From: an uncultured delta proteobacterium
GTDB taxonomy: Bacteria; Desulfobacterota; Desulfobulbia; Desulfobulbales; JAGXFP01
NCBI GenBank assembly: GCA_963807225.1
Contig: CAWEAD010000011.1
Location: forward strand, 31,749 to 95,748
Length of the DNA: 64,000 bases
Reading direction: 5' to 3'
The translations under genes were made by a program, and so were the position numbers. Shown one piece after another: positions 49,358 to 60,280 of the stretch. Under the pieces are notes generated by a model. That model was not told the DNA's origin and made no database searches. It worked only from the letters and a program-made list of their open reading frames with translations. The first letter of the stretch is position 1; each line of letters opens with the position of its first letter.

Positions 49358-49401
49358 GCCCGGCCAAAATAGAAGCTTCGGCGAGCCGCGCTTCGGACCG
49401 T

Positions 49402-52400
49402 CTAGGACGGAAGTTCAGACTGGCTTGTTTGCCCCGGCTGGTCCTCGTTCGGCGCCTGATGATGCTCCCGGGCCACCAGCATATAGATGGAAGGCACCAC
49501 GAAGAGGGTGAAAAGGGTGCCGATGGCCATCCCGCCGACCAGCACCAGACCGATGGAGTTCCGGGCGGCGGCGCCGGCCCCGGTTACCAGGGTCAGGGGA
49601 AAGTGGCCGGCGACCGTGGCGGTGCTGGTCATCAGGATCGGGCGCAGCCTGGTCATGGCCGCCTCCTGGACTGCCTGCCGCTTGCCCAGCCCCTTCAACT
49701 GCAGCTTGTTGGCGAACTCGACGATCAGGATACCGTTCTTGGAGACCAGCCCTACCAGGGTCACCAAGCCCACCTGTGAGTAGATGTTGAGGGTGGTGGT
49801 CCAGCCCTGGGTCCAGAAAGGGATATTGGAATTTGGCATCTTCAGGAAGGTGAATATCAGGGCGCCGAACATGGCCAGCGGCACTGAACCGGCCAGGATG
49901 ACGAAGGGGTCGCGGAAGCTGTTAAACTGGGCGGCCAGGACCAGGAAGATCAGGACCACCGCCAGCCCGAAGGCTGGAATGAACTTGTTGCCCTCGGTGC
50001 GCAGCTGCCGCGATTCCCCGGTATAGTCGATCTTGTACCCTTGGGGCAGGATCTTGGCGGCCTCGCCCTCCAGATAGCGCAAAGCCTCGTCCAGGGGCTT
50101 GATAGAAACCCCGCTGATCTTGACTGCGTTAAGTTGCTGGAAACGGTTCAGCGAACGGGGCACCGTGGTGTTGCGCAGGGTCGCCACCGAGCTGAGCGGC
50201 ACCAGTTGACCGTTCGGGCCGGTGACGTAGATAGAGCGGAGCTGATCGGGGTTCAACCGGTCGATCCGCTGAACCTGGGGAATCACCTTGTAGCTGCGGC
50301 CGGAGATATCGAAGCGGTTGACGTAATTGCCGCCCACCATGGAACCCAGATCCCCCACCACCTCGCCCAGATTGAGGCCGAGGTCGGCCACCCGGTCCCG
50401 GTCGATGACGAACTCGGTCTGGGGCTGATCGATCTTGACGTCGATGATCGGCGGGAAGGCGAATATCCCGCTGGTCGCCGCCTTCTGTTGGAGCTGTTTG
50501 GCGAACTGCAGGATCTTGTCGGCATCTTCGGTGGAGGCAAGGACGAATTCCACCGGAAACTGGCCGCCGCCGGGCAGCGAGGGCGGCAGCACCGCAAAGA
50601 CGCGGATACCGGGAAGGGCCTGGAGTTTACTCTGCACCTCCGGCAGGATCTGGAAGATGGTCCGCTGCCGCTCGGTCCAGGGCTTGACCACCATGCCGGC
50701 AAAACCGGAACTGGGCATGGTCAGCTGGAAGGTGAACCTGGTCTCGGGCACGCTCATATAGGCCTGGTTGAAGGCGGCGGCGAACTTACTGGTCTGGTCC
50801 AGGGTGGCGTTGGCGGCGGCGTCCATGATCCCGAAAATCACCCCCTGGTCCTCGGTGGGGGCCAGCTCCTTGGGCGACATCCGGAACATGGGGATGGTCA
50901 GCAGGCTGATGACGATCCAGACCGTATAGACCGTCGGACGGTGATCGAGGGTGGCGGACAGCCAGCGGCCGTAGTTCTTTCGTAACCGTTTGAAATTCCT
51001 GGCGATGTGGCCGGCCAGGCCGTGCTCTTCCTGGCCCGGCTTGAGCAGTTTCGAGGACATCATCGGCGACAGGGTCAGGGCCACCACCCCGGAGATGGTC
51101 ACCGCCCCGGCCAGGGTAAAGGCGAACTCCCTGAACAGCGAGCCGGTCAGCCCGCCCTGCAGCCCGATGGGGGCATAGACCGCGGCCAGAGTGACGGTCA
51201 TGGCGATGATCGGCCCCACCAGTTCGCGGGCCCCGTAGATGGCCGCTTTGAACGGCGTCTGACCCTCGCTCAGGTGGCGCTCGACGTTTTCCACCACCAC
51301 GATGGCGTCGTCGACCACCAACCCGACCGAAAGCACGATGGCGAGCAGAGTCAGCAGGTTGATGGAGAAACCGAAAACCTGCATCAGAAAGACCCCGCCG
51401 ATCAAGGAGAGGGGAATGGCCACCACCGGGATCAAGACCGAGCGGAAGGAACCCAGAAAGAGGAAGATCACCACCACCACGATCAGCAGGGTATCGCCCA
51501 GGGTCTTCATGACCTCGCGGATGGCGTCATGGATATAGGCCGTGGCGTCGTAAGCCAGCCTGCCATGCAGACCCGGGGGCAGATCCTTAACGATCGCGTC
51601 CATCTCGGTGCGCACCCGGTCGATAACCTCCAGGGAGTTGGCGTTGGGCAGGGGCCAGATGCCCATGAACACCGCGGTCTGCCCGGAAAAATGGACCTCG
51701 GCGTCGTAACTCTCGGCCCCCAGCACCACCTCACCGATATCCTCCAGCCGGACGATGGCGCCGTTTTCCTCCTTGACCACCAGTTTCTTGAACTCCGGAA
51801 CCGAATTGAGGTCGGTATCGGCGGTGAGGTTGACCTGGATCATCGCCCCCTTGGTCCGGCCCAGGGCGGCCAGGAAGTTGTTGGCAGCCAGCGCCTGGCG
51901 CACCTGGGCCGGGCTGATGTTGTAAGCCGCCATCCGATCCGGTTTCAGCCAGATCCGCATGGCGAAGGTGCGGCCGCCGAGAATATCGGCCCGCTGTACC
52001 CCCTCGATGGCGGAGAGCCGGGGCTGAACCAGACGGACCAGATAGTCGGTAATATCGTTCTGCTTGAGTTCGTCGGAATTGAAACTGAGATAGGCCGAGG
52101 CGAACTGGCTGTCGGCGGTCACGATGTTCATTATCGGCACCTCCGCCTCCGGCGGCAGGTCGTTTCTGACCTGGTCGACTTTGGAGCTGATCTCGGCCAG
52201 GGCCCGGGTGGCGTCGTAGTTCAGTTTCAGGCGGGCGGTGATGGTCGAAACGCCCAGGCTGGACTGGGATTCGAGGTAGTCGATGCCGTCGGCGGAGGCG
52301 ATCACCCGCTCCAGGGGGGTGGTGATGAAGCCGCGGACCAGCTCGGCGCTGGCCCCGACATAGACGGTGGTGACGGTGATCGAGGAGTTTTCGTTCTTGG

Positions 52401-52512
52401 GATACTGACGGACGATCAGGGTTCGGATCGCCTGCAGACCGGCGATGACGATCACCAGACTGATCACCATGGCCAGGACCGGCCGGCGGATGAAGATATC
52501 GGTGAAGTTCAT
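49402..52512 (-). CDS. RND efflux permease (AcrB/MexW-like)
   Basis: FIRRPVLA, GLVVDDAIVVVEN, KNGILIVEFAN, RLRPILMT. Confidence 0.95.
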   Translation of the reverse strand: MNFTDIFIRRPVLAMVISLVIVIAGLQAIRTLIVRQYPKNENSSITVTTVYVGASAELVRGFITTPLERVIASADGIDYLESQSSLGVSTITARLKLNYDATRALAEISSKVDQVRNDLPPEAEVPIMNIVTADSQFASAYLSFNSDELKQNDITDYLVRLVQPRLSAIEGVQRADILGGRTFAMRIWLKPDRMAAYNISPAQVRQALAANNFLAALGRTKGAMIQVNLTADTDLNSVPEFKKLVVKEENGAIVRLEDIGEVVLGAESYDAEVHFSGQTAVFMGIWPLPNANSLEVIDRVRTEMDAIVKDLPPGLHGRLAYDATAYIHDAIREVMKTLGDTLLIVVVVIFLFLGSFRSVLIPVVAIPLSLIGGVFLMQVFGFSINLLTLLAIVLSVGLVVDDAIVVVENVERHLSEGQTPFKAAIYGARELVGPIIAMTVTLAAVYAPIGLQGGLTGSLFREFAFTLAGAVTISGVVALTLSPMMSSKLLKPGQEEHGLAGHIARNFKRLRKNYGRWLSATLDHRPTVYTVWIVISLLTIPMFRMSPKELAPTEDQGVIFGIMDAAANATLDQTSKFAAAFNQAYMSVPETRFTFQLTMPSSGFAGMVVKPWTERQRTIFQILPEVQSKLQALPGIRVFAVLPPSLPGGGQFPVEFVLASTEDADKILQFAKQLQQKAATSGIFAFPPIIDVKIDQPQTEFVIDRDRVADLGLNLGEVVGDLGSMVGGNYVNRFDISGRSYKVIPQVQRIDRLNPDQLRSIYVTGPNGQLVPLSSVATLRNTTVPRSLNRFQQLNAVKISGVSIKPLDEALRYLEGEAAKILPQGYKIDYTGESRQLRTEGNKFIPAFGLAVVLIFLVLAAQFNSFRDPFVILAGSVPLAMFGALIFTFLKMPNSNIPFWTQGWTTTLNIYSQVGLVTLVGLVSKNGILIVEFANKLQLKGLGKRQAVQEAAMTRLRPILMTSTATVAGHFPLTLVTGAGAAARNSIGLVLVGGMAIGTLFTLFVVPSIYMLVAREHHQAPNEDQPGQTSQSELPS

Positions 52513-52525
52513 AGGCGGCCGCGGT

Positions 52526-53668
52526 TCAGCTTTCCTCGGGTTTGGGCGCCAGTTTGAATTCCGGGTTCAGGGCATTGTCGACCTTCACCGCTTGACCGTT
52601 GCGCAGCTTGAAGACCCCGGTACTGACCACGGTTTCGTCGGCCTTGAGCCCCGTAAGAACGTTGATGAAATCGCCCCGTTTCGCGCCCAGCTTGACGAAC
52701 TGCTGACGCACCTGCAGACCGGCGGTGGTCTGCCCCTCCTTCTTCGGCTCTTCCTCGACCACGAAGACCGAGTCGCCGAAGGGGGCATGGAGCACGGACG
52801 TGGCCGGAATTGCCAGCACCTGCAGCGTCTGCGGCAGAACCAGGGTGACGTTGGCGAACATGCCCGGGAGCAGCTTTTCGTCCGGGTTGACCACGGTTGC
52901 CTGCAAGCTGAGGTTGCGTGTGGTACTGTCGACCTCCGGATTGATGGTGGTAATCTTGCCGGTCACTTCCCGTCCGGGCAGAGCGTCGACGGTTAACCGC
53001 ACGGTCAGGCCGTTTTTGACCCTGGCGCTGTCCTGCTGCGGCAGCTGAAAGTTGACGAAGATCGGATCGAGGGTCTGCAGTGAGACCACGGGGTCGCCTT
53101 CACGCAGGGTCTGCCCGAGATTGATCAAGCGAATGCCCAGCCGACCGGCGAAGGGGGCGTGGATGATCTTGCGGGCGATGACCGCCCGGAGGTTTTCGAC
53201 TTGGGCCACGGCCTGCTTGAGCTTCGCCTGCAGATCGTCATAATCGGCATGGGAGACGGCGCCACTATCCACCAGTTGCCGGACCCGGTCGAAGTTGAGT
53301 TGGGCCAGTTCCACCGCCACCTCGGCGGAGCGGAGCTGAGCTTCTTCCGGTCCGCTGTCCAACCGGATCAGACGGTCTCCGGCCTCGACCTTGGCGCCGG
53401 GCTTAAAATCGATCTCGACCACCTTTCCGGCCACCTCGGCCGAGATCTCCACCCCCTGCACCGCCGCCATGGAGCCCACCGCGGTGAGATATTCCTCCCA
53501 GGTCTCGCTTTGGACCGAGGCAGTGGTCACCGATTCCGGCGGGGGCGCATAGTGGCCGCCCGAAGCAATCATCTTCCGGATCTGTAGGACCTTGATGCCG
53601 GCGATCAAACCGATCACCAGCAGCAGGCCGACTATGGCTAAAATGACAGGTTTTTTCTTGGCCATCAT
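52526..53668 (-). CDS. RND membrane fusion protein
   Basis: N-terminal TM, SAEVAGKV lipoyl motif, IHAPFAGRLG, LLPGMFA. Confidence 0.93.
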   Translation of the reverse strand: MMAKKKPVILAIVGLLLVIGLIAGIKVLQIRKMIASGGHYAPPPESVTTASVQSETWEEYLTAVGSMAAVQGVEISAEVAGKVVEIDFKPGAKVEAGDRLIRLDSGPEEAQLRSAEVAVELAQLNFDRVRQLVDSGAVSHADYDDLQAKLKQAVAQVENLRAVIARKIIHAPFAGRLGIRLINLGQTLREGDPVVSLQTLDPIFVNFQLPQQDSARVKNGLTVRLTVDALPGREVTGKITTINPEVDSTTRNLSLQATVVNPDEKLLPGMFANVTLVLPQTLQVLAIPATSVLHAPFGDSVFVVEEEPKKEGQTTAGLQVRQQFVKLGAKRGDFINVLTGLKADETVVSTGVFKLRNGQAVKVDNALNPEFKLAPKPEES

Positions 53669-54033
53669 CTCGGGGAAAAATCAAACTGAGCCGGAGGACC
53701 GGCCGTTAATCTGACCGCCTAACTCGGCGGGAAATCCACCGGCTCGACCGGCATGAGGCGAAGAATCCCGCCCATGCCCAAAAGGGATAACCTCAGCCGC
53801 CGCAAGGCCGCCCGGCGGTTCGCAATTTACGATATCATTTCTCCAAGGCAAAAGACAAACGGAAGAATGGCGGACGAATAGACCGATGGGCGGGAAGCTG
53901 CCGGGAAGTCGGTCGAGATAAACCGGTACTCCGGATAGGCTTTAAAACCTTGCGTATCTGGGCACACCGGCCCAGTTCCCGAAGAGCGGACCGGCGTGCC
54001 AGAAAGAAAGAGCAGGTGGTAAGCGATCAGAAC

Positions 54034-56400
54034 TTACAGACAGACCCTCTGGACCTGTTCCAGATCGGTCAAGCCCGCGATGACCTTGGCGACCCCATCC
54101 ATGCGCAGGGTTCGCATGCCCTCTTCCACGGCGACTTGGTTGATTTCGGCAACCGAAGCCTTACTCTTGATCGTCTCTTTGACCCGCTCCGAGCAGATCA
54201 GTAATTCATGGATGGCAAGTCTACCCCTATATCCAAGGTTATCGCATTTCTCACAGCCATTTTTGCGCATCAGGGTAATCTCGTCGGTATATTCAGGACA
54301 GCCATGTTCCCGAAACAATTCCTCGCCATAGAAACTGCTTAACCGGGCATATTCCTCCCTGGTCGGATGATAAGCCACCTGGCAGAATCCGCATAATTTA
54401 CGGGCCAACCTCTGGGCCAGAATCCCCAGCAGGGAATCGGCCAGGTTGAAAGGATCTTCACCCATTTCGATCAGCCTGATCACGGTCTCGGGGGCATTGT
54501 TGGTATGCATGGTACTGAAAACCAGATGGCCGGTGAGTGACGCCTCGATGGCCGTGTGGGCCGCATCTCTATCGCGCATCTCGCCGATCATCAGCACGTC
54601 GGGATCGGCCCTTAACAGGGATCTTAAAGCAATCTGAAAAGTCAGTCCGGTATGCGGGTTGACCTGAACCTGTCGCAACCCCGGTTGGGTGATTTCCACC
54701 GGGTCCTCCACCGTCCAGATTTTTCGTTCGGGTTTGTTGATAAACCCCAGGGCGGCATGCACAGTGGTCGTTTTGCCCGAACCGGTCGGCCCCACACAGA
54801 GAATAATCCCGTAAGGCTTGACGACCAGATCTTTCATCCCGGCCAGATTTGCTGCCGATAGATTCATCTCCTCCAGCGGGACGGGCTTGGATCCGGTAAG
54901 GATCCGCATAACGGCATCTTCATGACCGCCGACCGTAGGGGTTATTTCCACCCGGTATTCGATTTTCCTGCCCTCTATCCGAATCATGATCTTGCCGCTC
55001 TGGGCCTTACGATGTTCGGCTATATCCAGATTGGCCATAATCTTCATCCGAGCGACCAGCGGCCGGGAAAAACGTGCGGGAAGCATCTGGATTATTCGGC
55101 ATATCCCGTCGATGCGATAACGAACTCCCAGGGGCTGATTGGTATCGCCAGGCTCCAGATGGATGTCGGATGCCTTTTGATGATACGCATCAACCAGAAT
55201 CCGATTGGCCAGGCGGATGGTTTCCGAATCTGATTCAGCTGCGTTAAGGTCTTCCTTCTCAGCGACAACTTCATCGGCCCTGATGTCTTCCAACAACTCC
55301 CTATGTTTCTTGACCGCTTCAGGGTAGAACTTGGAGATGTAATCTTCAATCTGGCCCTGGCTGGCGATGGCCATCTGAATCCGGCGATTGGTGTGGAAAC
55401 GCAGGCTGTCGCTTATAGTGTGATCGTTGGGTCTGCACGTGGCTACAAGTATATAATCGACCATATCCTCCACCGGGAAGACCTTGTATTGCATGATCAA
55501 CTCCACCGAAATGGCGGTCCTCACCTTGGGATCGATTTTCCATTTATCCAGGTCGACAAAGGGCAGATTGAATTTTGAGGCCAGAGCGGCTAGGACCTGC
55601 TCTTCGGTAACCAGACCGCGTTCGATCAGCAGCCGGCCGATTTTCTTTCGTTTCCCGGCCTCCTTTGACGCCAAGGCCGTTTCCACCTGCTCCCGGGTAA
55701 CCAGTCCGGCGTCGACCAGAATATCCCCGACTCTTGGCCACCTGCCGGCTTTATCTTCCTGTTGGGCCTTGCGAATAACCTGCTCTATGACATCCGGTTC
55801 CAGCTGGTGTTCCTGGCTCAGGATCTCCTCCAAGCGCTGCTCCCTTAGACGATGCTGATCTACCAGGGCGACATTGAGATCCTCCCTGGAAATCGCTCCA
55901 TGTTCTTCGAGAATCTGCCCCAACGGGGCAAGCTTGGTCCGAGAGCGCACCCCACCCACGGGAAAGAATATCAACTCGCATAAGCTGCTCTGTTCGATCG
56001 GAATGGCAAAAAATCCTTCTGGAAACTGTTGCGCTTTAAGAGTGCGGACCCCAAATGTTCTGCCGGTGACGCAAACGACGACTTCCAGGTGATCATCCAG
56101 CTGCGGATTCATTGCCGGCGGCAGTGGCCCGGACATCATAATGCAACTCACCAGGGAAAGTGAAAAAAGCCTTTTATTCTTGCTTTCGGCCAGAACAATC
56201 GACACTTCCTTCTCGGCCGGCACAAAGGGCCGGGCCAGGAAAGCCTCGAATTGTTTGCCCTTGTTAAGTTCGATAATGATTTTATTTTCCAATCTAATTT
56301 CCTCCTTCATTCCTTCAAGTCGCCGCGAACCGATTCGGCAAGCCTCCACCGGATAATACACCAGGGAGACGAGTTCACCAACAGATCGGTCACGCATCAC
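54034..56400 (-). CDS. GspE/PilB-family ATPase with N-terminal MshEN-like repeats
   Basis: GPTGSGKTT, VEDPVE, LRADPD..GEMRD, TGHLVFSTMHTN, CxxC..CxxC; RVGDILVDAGLV and KIGRLLIERGLV; start uncertain. Confidence 0.92.
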   Translation of the reverse strand: MMRDRSVGELVSLVYYPVEACRIGSRRLEGMKEEIRLENKIIIELNKGKQFEAFLARPFVPAEKEVSIVLAESKNKRLFSLSLVSCIMMSGPLPPAMNPQLDDHLEVVVCVTGRTFGVRTLKAQQFPEGFFAIPIEQSSLCELIFFPVGGVRSRTKLAPLGQILEEHGAISREDLNVALVDQHRLREQRLEEILSQEHQLEPDVIEQVIRKAQQEDKAGRWPRVGDILVDAGLVTREQVETALASKEAGKRKKIGRLLIERGLVTEEQVLAALASKFNLPFVDLDKWKIDPKVRTAISVELIMQYKVFPVEDMVDYILVATCRPNDHTISDSLRFHTNRRIQMAIASQGQIEDYISKFYPEAVKKHRELLEDIRADEVVAEKEDLNAAESDSETIRLANRILVDAYHQKASDIHLEPGDTNQPLGVRYRIDGICRIIQMLPARFSRPLVARMKIMANLDIAEHRKAQSGKIMIRIEGRKIEYRVEITPTVGGHEDAVMRILTGSKPVPLEEMNLSAANLAGMKDLVVKPYGIILCVGPTGSGKTTTVHAALGFINKPERKIWTVEDPVEITQPGLRQVQVNPHTGLTFQIALRSLLRADPDVLMIGEMRDRDAAHTAIEASLTGHLVFSTMHTNNAPETVIRLIEMGEDPFNLADSLLGILAQRLARKLCGFCQVAYHPTREEYARLSSFYGEELFREHGCPEYTDEITLMRKNGCEKCDNLGYRGRLAIHELLICSERVKETIKSKASVAEINQVAVEEGMRTLRMDGVAKVIAGLTDLEQVQRVCL

Positions 56401-56978
56401 CCAGGACAGTCAGTCTGCCGCCCTATCGGTGCTTGTCGAATATCTTATCGAATACCGGGGCGATTTCCTTGAAGTTCGCAAGGCCCCCCGGATCAAAATG
56501 CTCCGGCATGCTCCTGCCGGCAGCAGGATCAGTAATGGGAGACATTTACGAGCCTCAACAGTTAGACCGAGATATCCTCTTTATAACAGCAACAAACATA
56601 CCAGTATGCGAATAACTCTACGAAGTATATATGGAAGCATTGTTCACGCGACTTTAGGCCGAGGGAAAGAACAGCAGATGAGTCAGGCAGGATCTGTTTG
56701 GCCTCAATATATTGAGGGTTCGTCATATGTTGAGGCCGGAAAGGCACGGGTAGCTTCGCCGTCTGTTTCCTGCCCGCAAGATGATCTTTATTGGATAAAG
56801 GCCTCAGAGGGGGTTTTGGATATAATCGCCCCCCGGCATGACTAATGCTTACTTGAAGAATACACCACCAGATCCGAGGCTGGCGCGCCGGAAGTACGTG
56901 ATGCAAAACCAGTAGATAACCGGCCGCCCGCAAAACAGGAATAGGCCGGTGGAACTATTTTCAATCTCAGGAGGCAAT

Positions 56979-57131
56979 ATGAAAATAAAGATCATTTTAG
57001 CGCTAATGGCGGTGTCCCTGCTGTCGGCCTGTGTAATTCCCCCGCCATTTGGGTGGCCTGGCCGCGGTAGAGGTGGCGGTGGCGGCGGTGATCGGCACCA
57101 TGATTCCGGAGACCGGCACGATCGACGCTGA
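56979..57131 (+). CDS. Small Gly/Arg-rich lipoprotein
   Basis: RBS ggagg, lipobox LLSAC, ends HDRR. Confidence 0.7.
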   Translation: MKIKIILALMAVSLLSACVIPPPFGWPGRGRGGGGGGDRHHDSGDRHDRR

Positions 57132-57248
57132 TCCGTCCGGGGTTCAAAGAGGGGCAGTGCCCAATTACCCGGCGAAGGATCCAAGTGATGATTCTTCGCC
57201 ATCAAGGCCGAAAGCGGCTGGAAATCTCAAATTTATGAAGGAGATAAT

Positions 57249-57641
57249 ATGAAAAGAATATTGATTGCCACGATTGTCCTGGTCTCCATGCTGACCGCAG
57301 GCACGGCGACCTCAATGTCCCGGCGACCCCCGAGTGTGGGTGTGAGAGTGTCAATTCCCTTGCTGCCTCCCGTCGTGGTGCTGGAGGATGAACCCTACTA
57401 TGTTCAGGATGGCTATTACTATCATTACAACGACAATCGGTGGTTCTACTCAAGGTCGAAGCAAGGTCCCTGGACCGACTTGCCGAGAAGCCACTACCCC
57501 AAAGAGGTGAAGTTCAAGCAGAGAAATAAGGAACAAACTCGGGACCGGGACCGGAATGACCGAGGTCGCAATGACCGGGACCGCGATGACCGAGGCCGTG
57601 ATCGGCGGGACGATGGCCGAGGCCATGATAACCGACGCTGA
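57249..57641 (+). CDS. Small secreted Tyr/Trp-rich protein with RD-repeat tail
   Basis: RBS ggag, signal peptide, LPPVVVL..PYY..YYYHY..GPWTDLPRSHYPKEV, tail ends HDNRR. Confidence 0.8.
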   Translation: MKRILIATIVLVSMLTAGTATSMSRRPPSVGVRVSIPLLPPVVVLEDEPYYVQDGYYYHYNDNRWFYSRSKQGPWTDLPRSHYPKEVKFKQRNKEQTRDRDRNDRGRNDRDRDDRGRDRRDDGRGHDNRR

Positions 57642-57925
57642 AAGCAGAAAAGGGGTCAGGTCTTAGGTTGGCGCGGGCCTTGAAATGCCGGATCAAGTTG
57701 ATCAAAGGGCTATGAAGAATGTGGCATTTTAAATCAGATGCCCGCAGGCGGCGGGGTGAACCATGTCATTGCAGCTCCCCGCAGTAGATGGCGAAGACTT
57801 CGAACTGCGGGGAATGCGTTTCATATTGCAGGTTCAGGGTTGAAATCAACTTTTTTACTAAACATCAAGCAGTTATCAGTGAAATTGGCTCAAAGCCGTC
57901 ACGACTTCAGGAGAAGGGAAAAGTC

Positions 57926-59683
57926 ATGCAATGCCCAACGAAGATAGCCAAGGCCCTTTTTGTGTTGCTTCACACGGGGATTTTGATCGCCATAAGCAGC
58001 CTGGCCTTTGCCCAGGCAGGAGAAATCTCCGGATCGGTGAAGGATAGCATCAGCGACCAGGGGATTCAATGGGCAACCGTCACGGCAAGAGACGTAACTA
58101 CCGGGGTTGTGGTGGCATACGGCTCTACTGATGCGAATGGTGACTATAAAGTTATTATTCCCGCCCTTGGTAATTATAGCGTCGCAGCGGCAAAACCTGG
58201 ATATGGTTATCGCCAGGTGACGGCGCCGGATATGATTGAGATTTCCGATACGGTTAGGGAACAAACCGTCAATTTCACCCTGGGTGGGCAAGAGTGGTCA
58301 GCTTATAACCCCGATGATCCTGAATCGGCCATGTCCTGGGAAACCGGGGCCGGCAAGAGCTACCTTATTCCCGCCCTGGAAATTCCCGCCTTCCTGGTGG
58401 TCCTTAACGTCTATGACCGATACGCCTACTCCGACCTGGAAGAGAATGGGAAAAAAGTTTACGACACGGACTTTTCGACCTTCTGGGACCATGTCGAACA
58501 CGGGCCCTGGGGGGTCGATACGGACGCCTTCAACATCAACCAGTTCGCCCATCCTTATCAGGGGTCCATGTACCATGGCTTCGCACGCTCGGCGGGCCTC
58601 AACTATTGGGAATCGCTGGTCTACACCAACCTGGGCAGCTATCTTTGGGAAACGGCTGGGGAAACCACGGACCCCTCCTATAATGACCAGATAGCCAGCG
58701 GCACGGGCGGGAGCTTTTTCGGAGAGGCACTTTTCCGGATGGCCAGTCTGGTGCTTGAGGGCGATGGCGGCAAACCCGGGATCTGGCAAGAGCTGGGCGC
58801 GACGATAATTTCGCCGCCGGTCGGGATCAATCGTCTGGCCTTTGGCAACCGGTTCATGCCCATCTTCCCGAGCCATAATCCGGCAATTTTCTCGCGCGTG
58901 CAGGTCGGCGTAAATCTAAACTCGCCCGCCAGCGAGAAGGATAGTCTCTTCAGCAGCTACACCCGGACCGAGGCGAGCGCCAGCTTCACCCTGGCTTACG
59001 GGCTCCCCGGGAAACCCGGCTATACCTACAATCGTCCTTTCGACTATTTCCATTTTGAATTCACTACCCTCGGCAACGCAGACAACCCTTTTGACAACAT
59101 TATGATCCGCGGTTTCCTCTTAGGCGATGACTACAAGGCCGGCAATTCCTATCGCGGGATCTGGGGCCTTTATGGCGGCTATGACTATATCTCGCCGTAC
59201 ATCTTCCGCGTCTCGAGCACCTCCCTGTCTCTCGGCACGACCTCTCAATGGTGGCTCTCCCGGGCGATAGCGCTCCAGAGCTCGGTTCTCGGGGGAGTCG
59301 GTTACGCCGCGGCCGGCAATGTCATCCAAATTGGTGAACGCGACTATCATTATGGCGTGGCCCCGCAGGGGCTCGTCGGGCTCCGGCTCATTATGGGCGA
59401 CCGGGCCATGCTTGACCTGACCGGACGCGCCTATTATCTGACCGGTTCGGGTGGCGGAGACCCTGGGGGCAGGGAGACCATCGAACGACTGGACACGGGA
59501 TTCACCGTTCGCGTTTATGGCCGGCATGCCCTAGGGCTCAAATATATCGCTTCCTCCCGGGATGCGCAGTACCCCGACCGAGCCGACACTCACCAGTCGG
59601 CTGGTACCGTCAGCCTGGTTTACACCTGGCTGGGCAAGGCCCGGTTCGGCGCAGTCGAGTGGCGCGGAGCCGACTACCTATGA
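57926..59683 (+). CDS. DUF3943-type outer-membrane protein with N-terminal carboxypeptidase-regulatory-like domain
   Basis: ISGSVKD..TDANGDY..AKPGY; INQFAHPYQGSMYHGFARSAG, WETAGE..PSYND; beta-strand C-terminus. Confidence 0.8.
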   Translation: MQCPTKIAKALFVLLHTGILIAISSLAFAQAGEISGSVKDSISDQGIQWATVTARDVTTGVVVAYGSTDANGDYKVIIPALGNYSVAAAKPGYGYRQVTAPDMIEISDTVREQTVNFTLGGQEWSAYNPDDPESAMSWETGAGKSYLIPALEIPAFLVVLNVYDRYAYSDLEENGKKVYDTDFSTFWDHVEHGPWGVDTDAFNINQFAHPYQGSMYHGFARSAGLNYWESLVYTNLGSYLWETAGETTDPSYNDQIASGTGGSFFGEALFRMASLVLEGDGGKPGIWQELGATIISPPVGINRLAFGNRFMPIFPSHNPAIFSRVQVGVNLNSPASEKDSLFSSYTRTEASASFTLAYGLPGKPGYTYNRPFDYFHFEFTTLGNADNPFDNIMIRGFLLGDDYKAGNSYRGIWGLYGGYDYISPYIFRVSSTSLSLGTTSQWWLSRAIALQSSVLGGVGYAAAGNVIQIGERDYHYGVAPQGLVGLRLIMGDRAMLDLTGRAYYLTGSGGGDPGGRETIERLDTGFTVRVYGRHALGLKYIASSRDAQYPDRADTHQSAGTVSLVYTWLGKARFGAVEWRGADYL

Positions 59684-59737
59684 TCCGGCTTGCTTAAAGC
59701 CTGACTTCGATTTCCATTACCTTGGAGGTAATATTTC

Positions 59738-60280
59738 ATGAAAAGATTTTATTCAGCCGTCATTCTGGCGATCTTCGTCCTCCACGCCGGAACGGCCGCT
59801 GCGAGCAGCCGGGAACTGCAGGTGGGCGACTATATCACCGAGCTTATGCCGGTAGTGGCTTTAGGGGTTGTCCTCGTCAAGGGCGATAAGGAAGGGGGAA
59901 AGCAGTGGCTGCGCGCCACGGTGATCAACGAGGTGGTCAATTCCGCCCTTACCCTCGGCTTTAACGAAACCAGCTGGGGCGAACGGCCGAACGGGGATCG
60001 CTACTCATTTCCCTCCGGACACGCCGGCTTTGTCTTTGCCCAGGCCGGTTTCCTGCAGGAGCGTTACGGTTGGAAGTATGGGGTACCGGCCCTGCTGCTG
60101 GCCTCGACCGTAAGCTATATCCGGGTCGACGAAGACAAACATTACTGGCGCGATGTCATCGCCGGCGGGGCAATCGGTTACGGTATCGCCATGCTGACGG
60201 TAACCCCCCTGAAGGCGCTCCACCTGGCGCCGATCATTGGGCCGAAATGGCTGGGCATTCGCTATGAGCGGTCATTCTGA
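59738..60280 (+). CDS. PAP2-family phosphatase (lipid A phosphatase-like)
   Basis: ERPNG..SFPSGH, RV..KHYWRDVIAG. Confidence 0.88.
   Translation: MKRFYSAVILAIFVLHAGTAAASSRELQVGDYITELMPVVALGVVLVKGDKEGGKQWLRATVINEVVNSALTLGFNETSWGERPNGDRYSFPSGHAGFVFAQAGFLQERYGWKYGVPALLLASTVSYIRVDEDKHYWRDVIAGGAIGYGIAMLTVTPLKALHLAPIIGPKWLGIRYERSF

Noticed and set aside
50041-52557. Long + strand ORFs 50041-50985 and 51007-52557
   Set aside because: Antisense shadows of the RND permease
56429-56933. ORFs and the ggcctcaa..ttgaggcc hairpin upstream of the PilB-like gene
   Set aside because: No recognisable protein motifs or RNA family; cannot assign
57538-57635. Short repeats resembling a CRISPR or VNTR array
   Set aside because: In-frame coding repeats for the RD-rich tail; no spacers or cas genes
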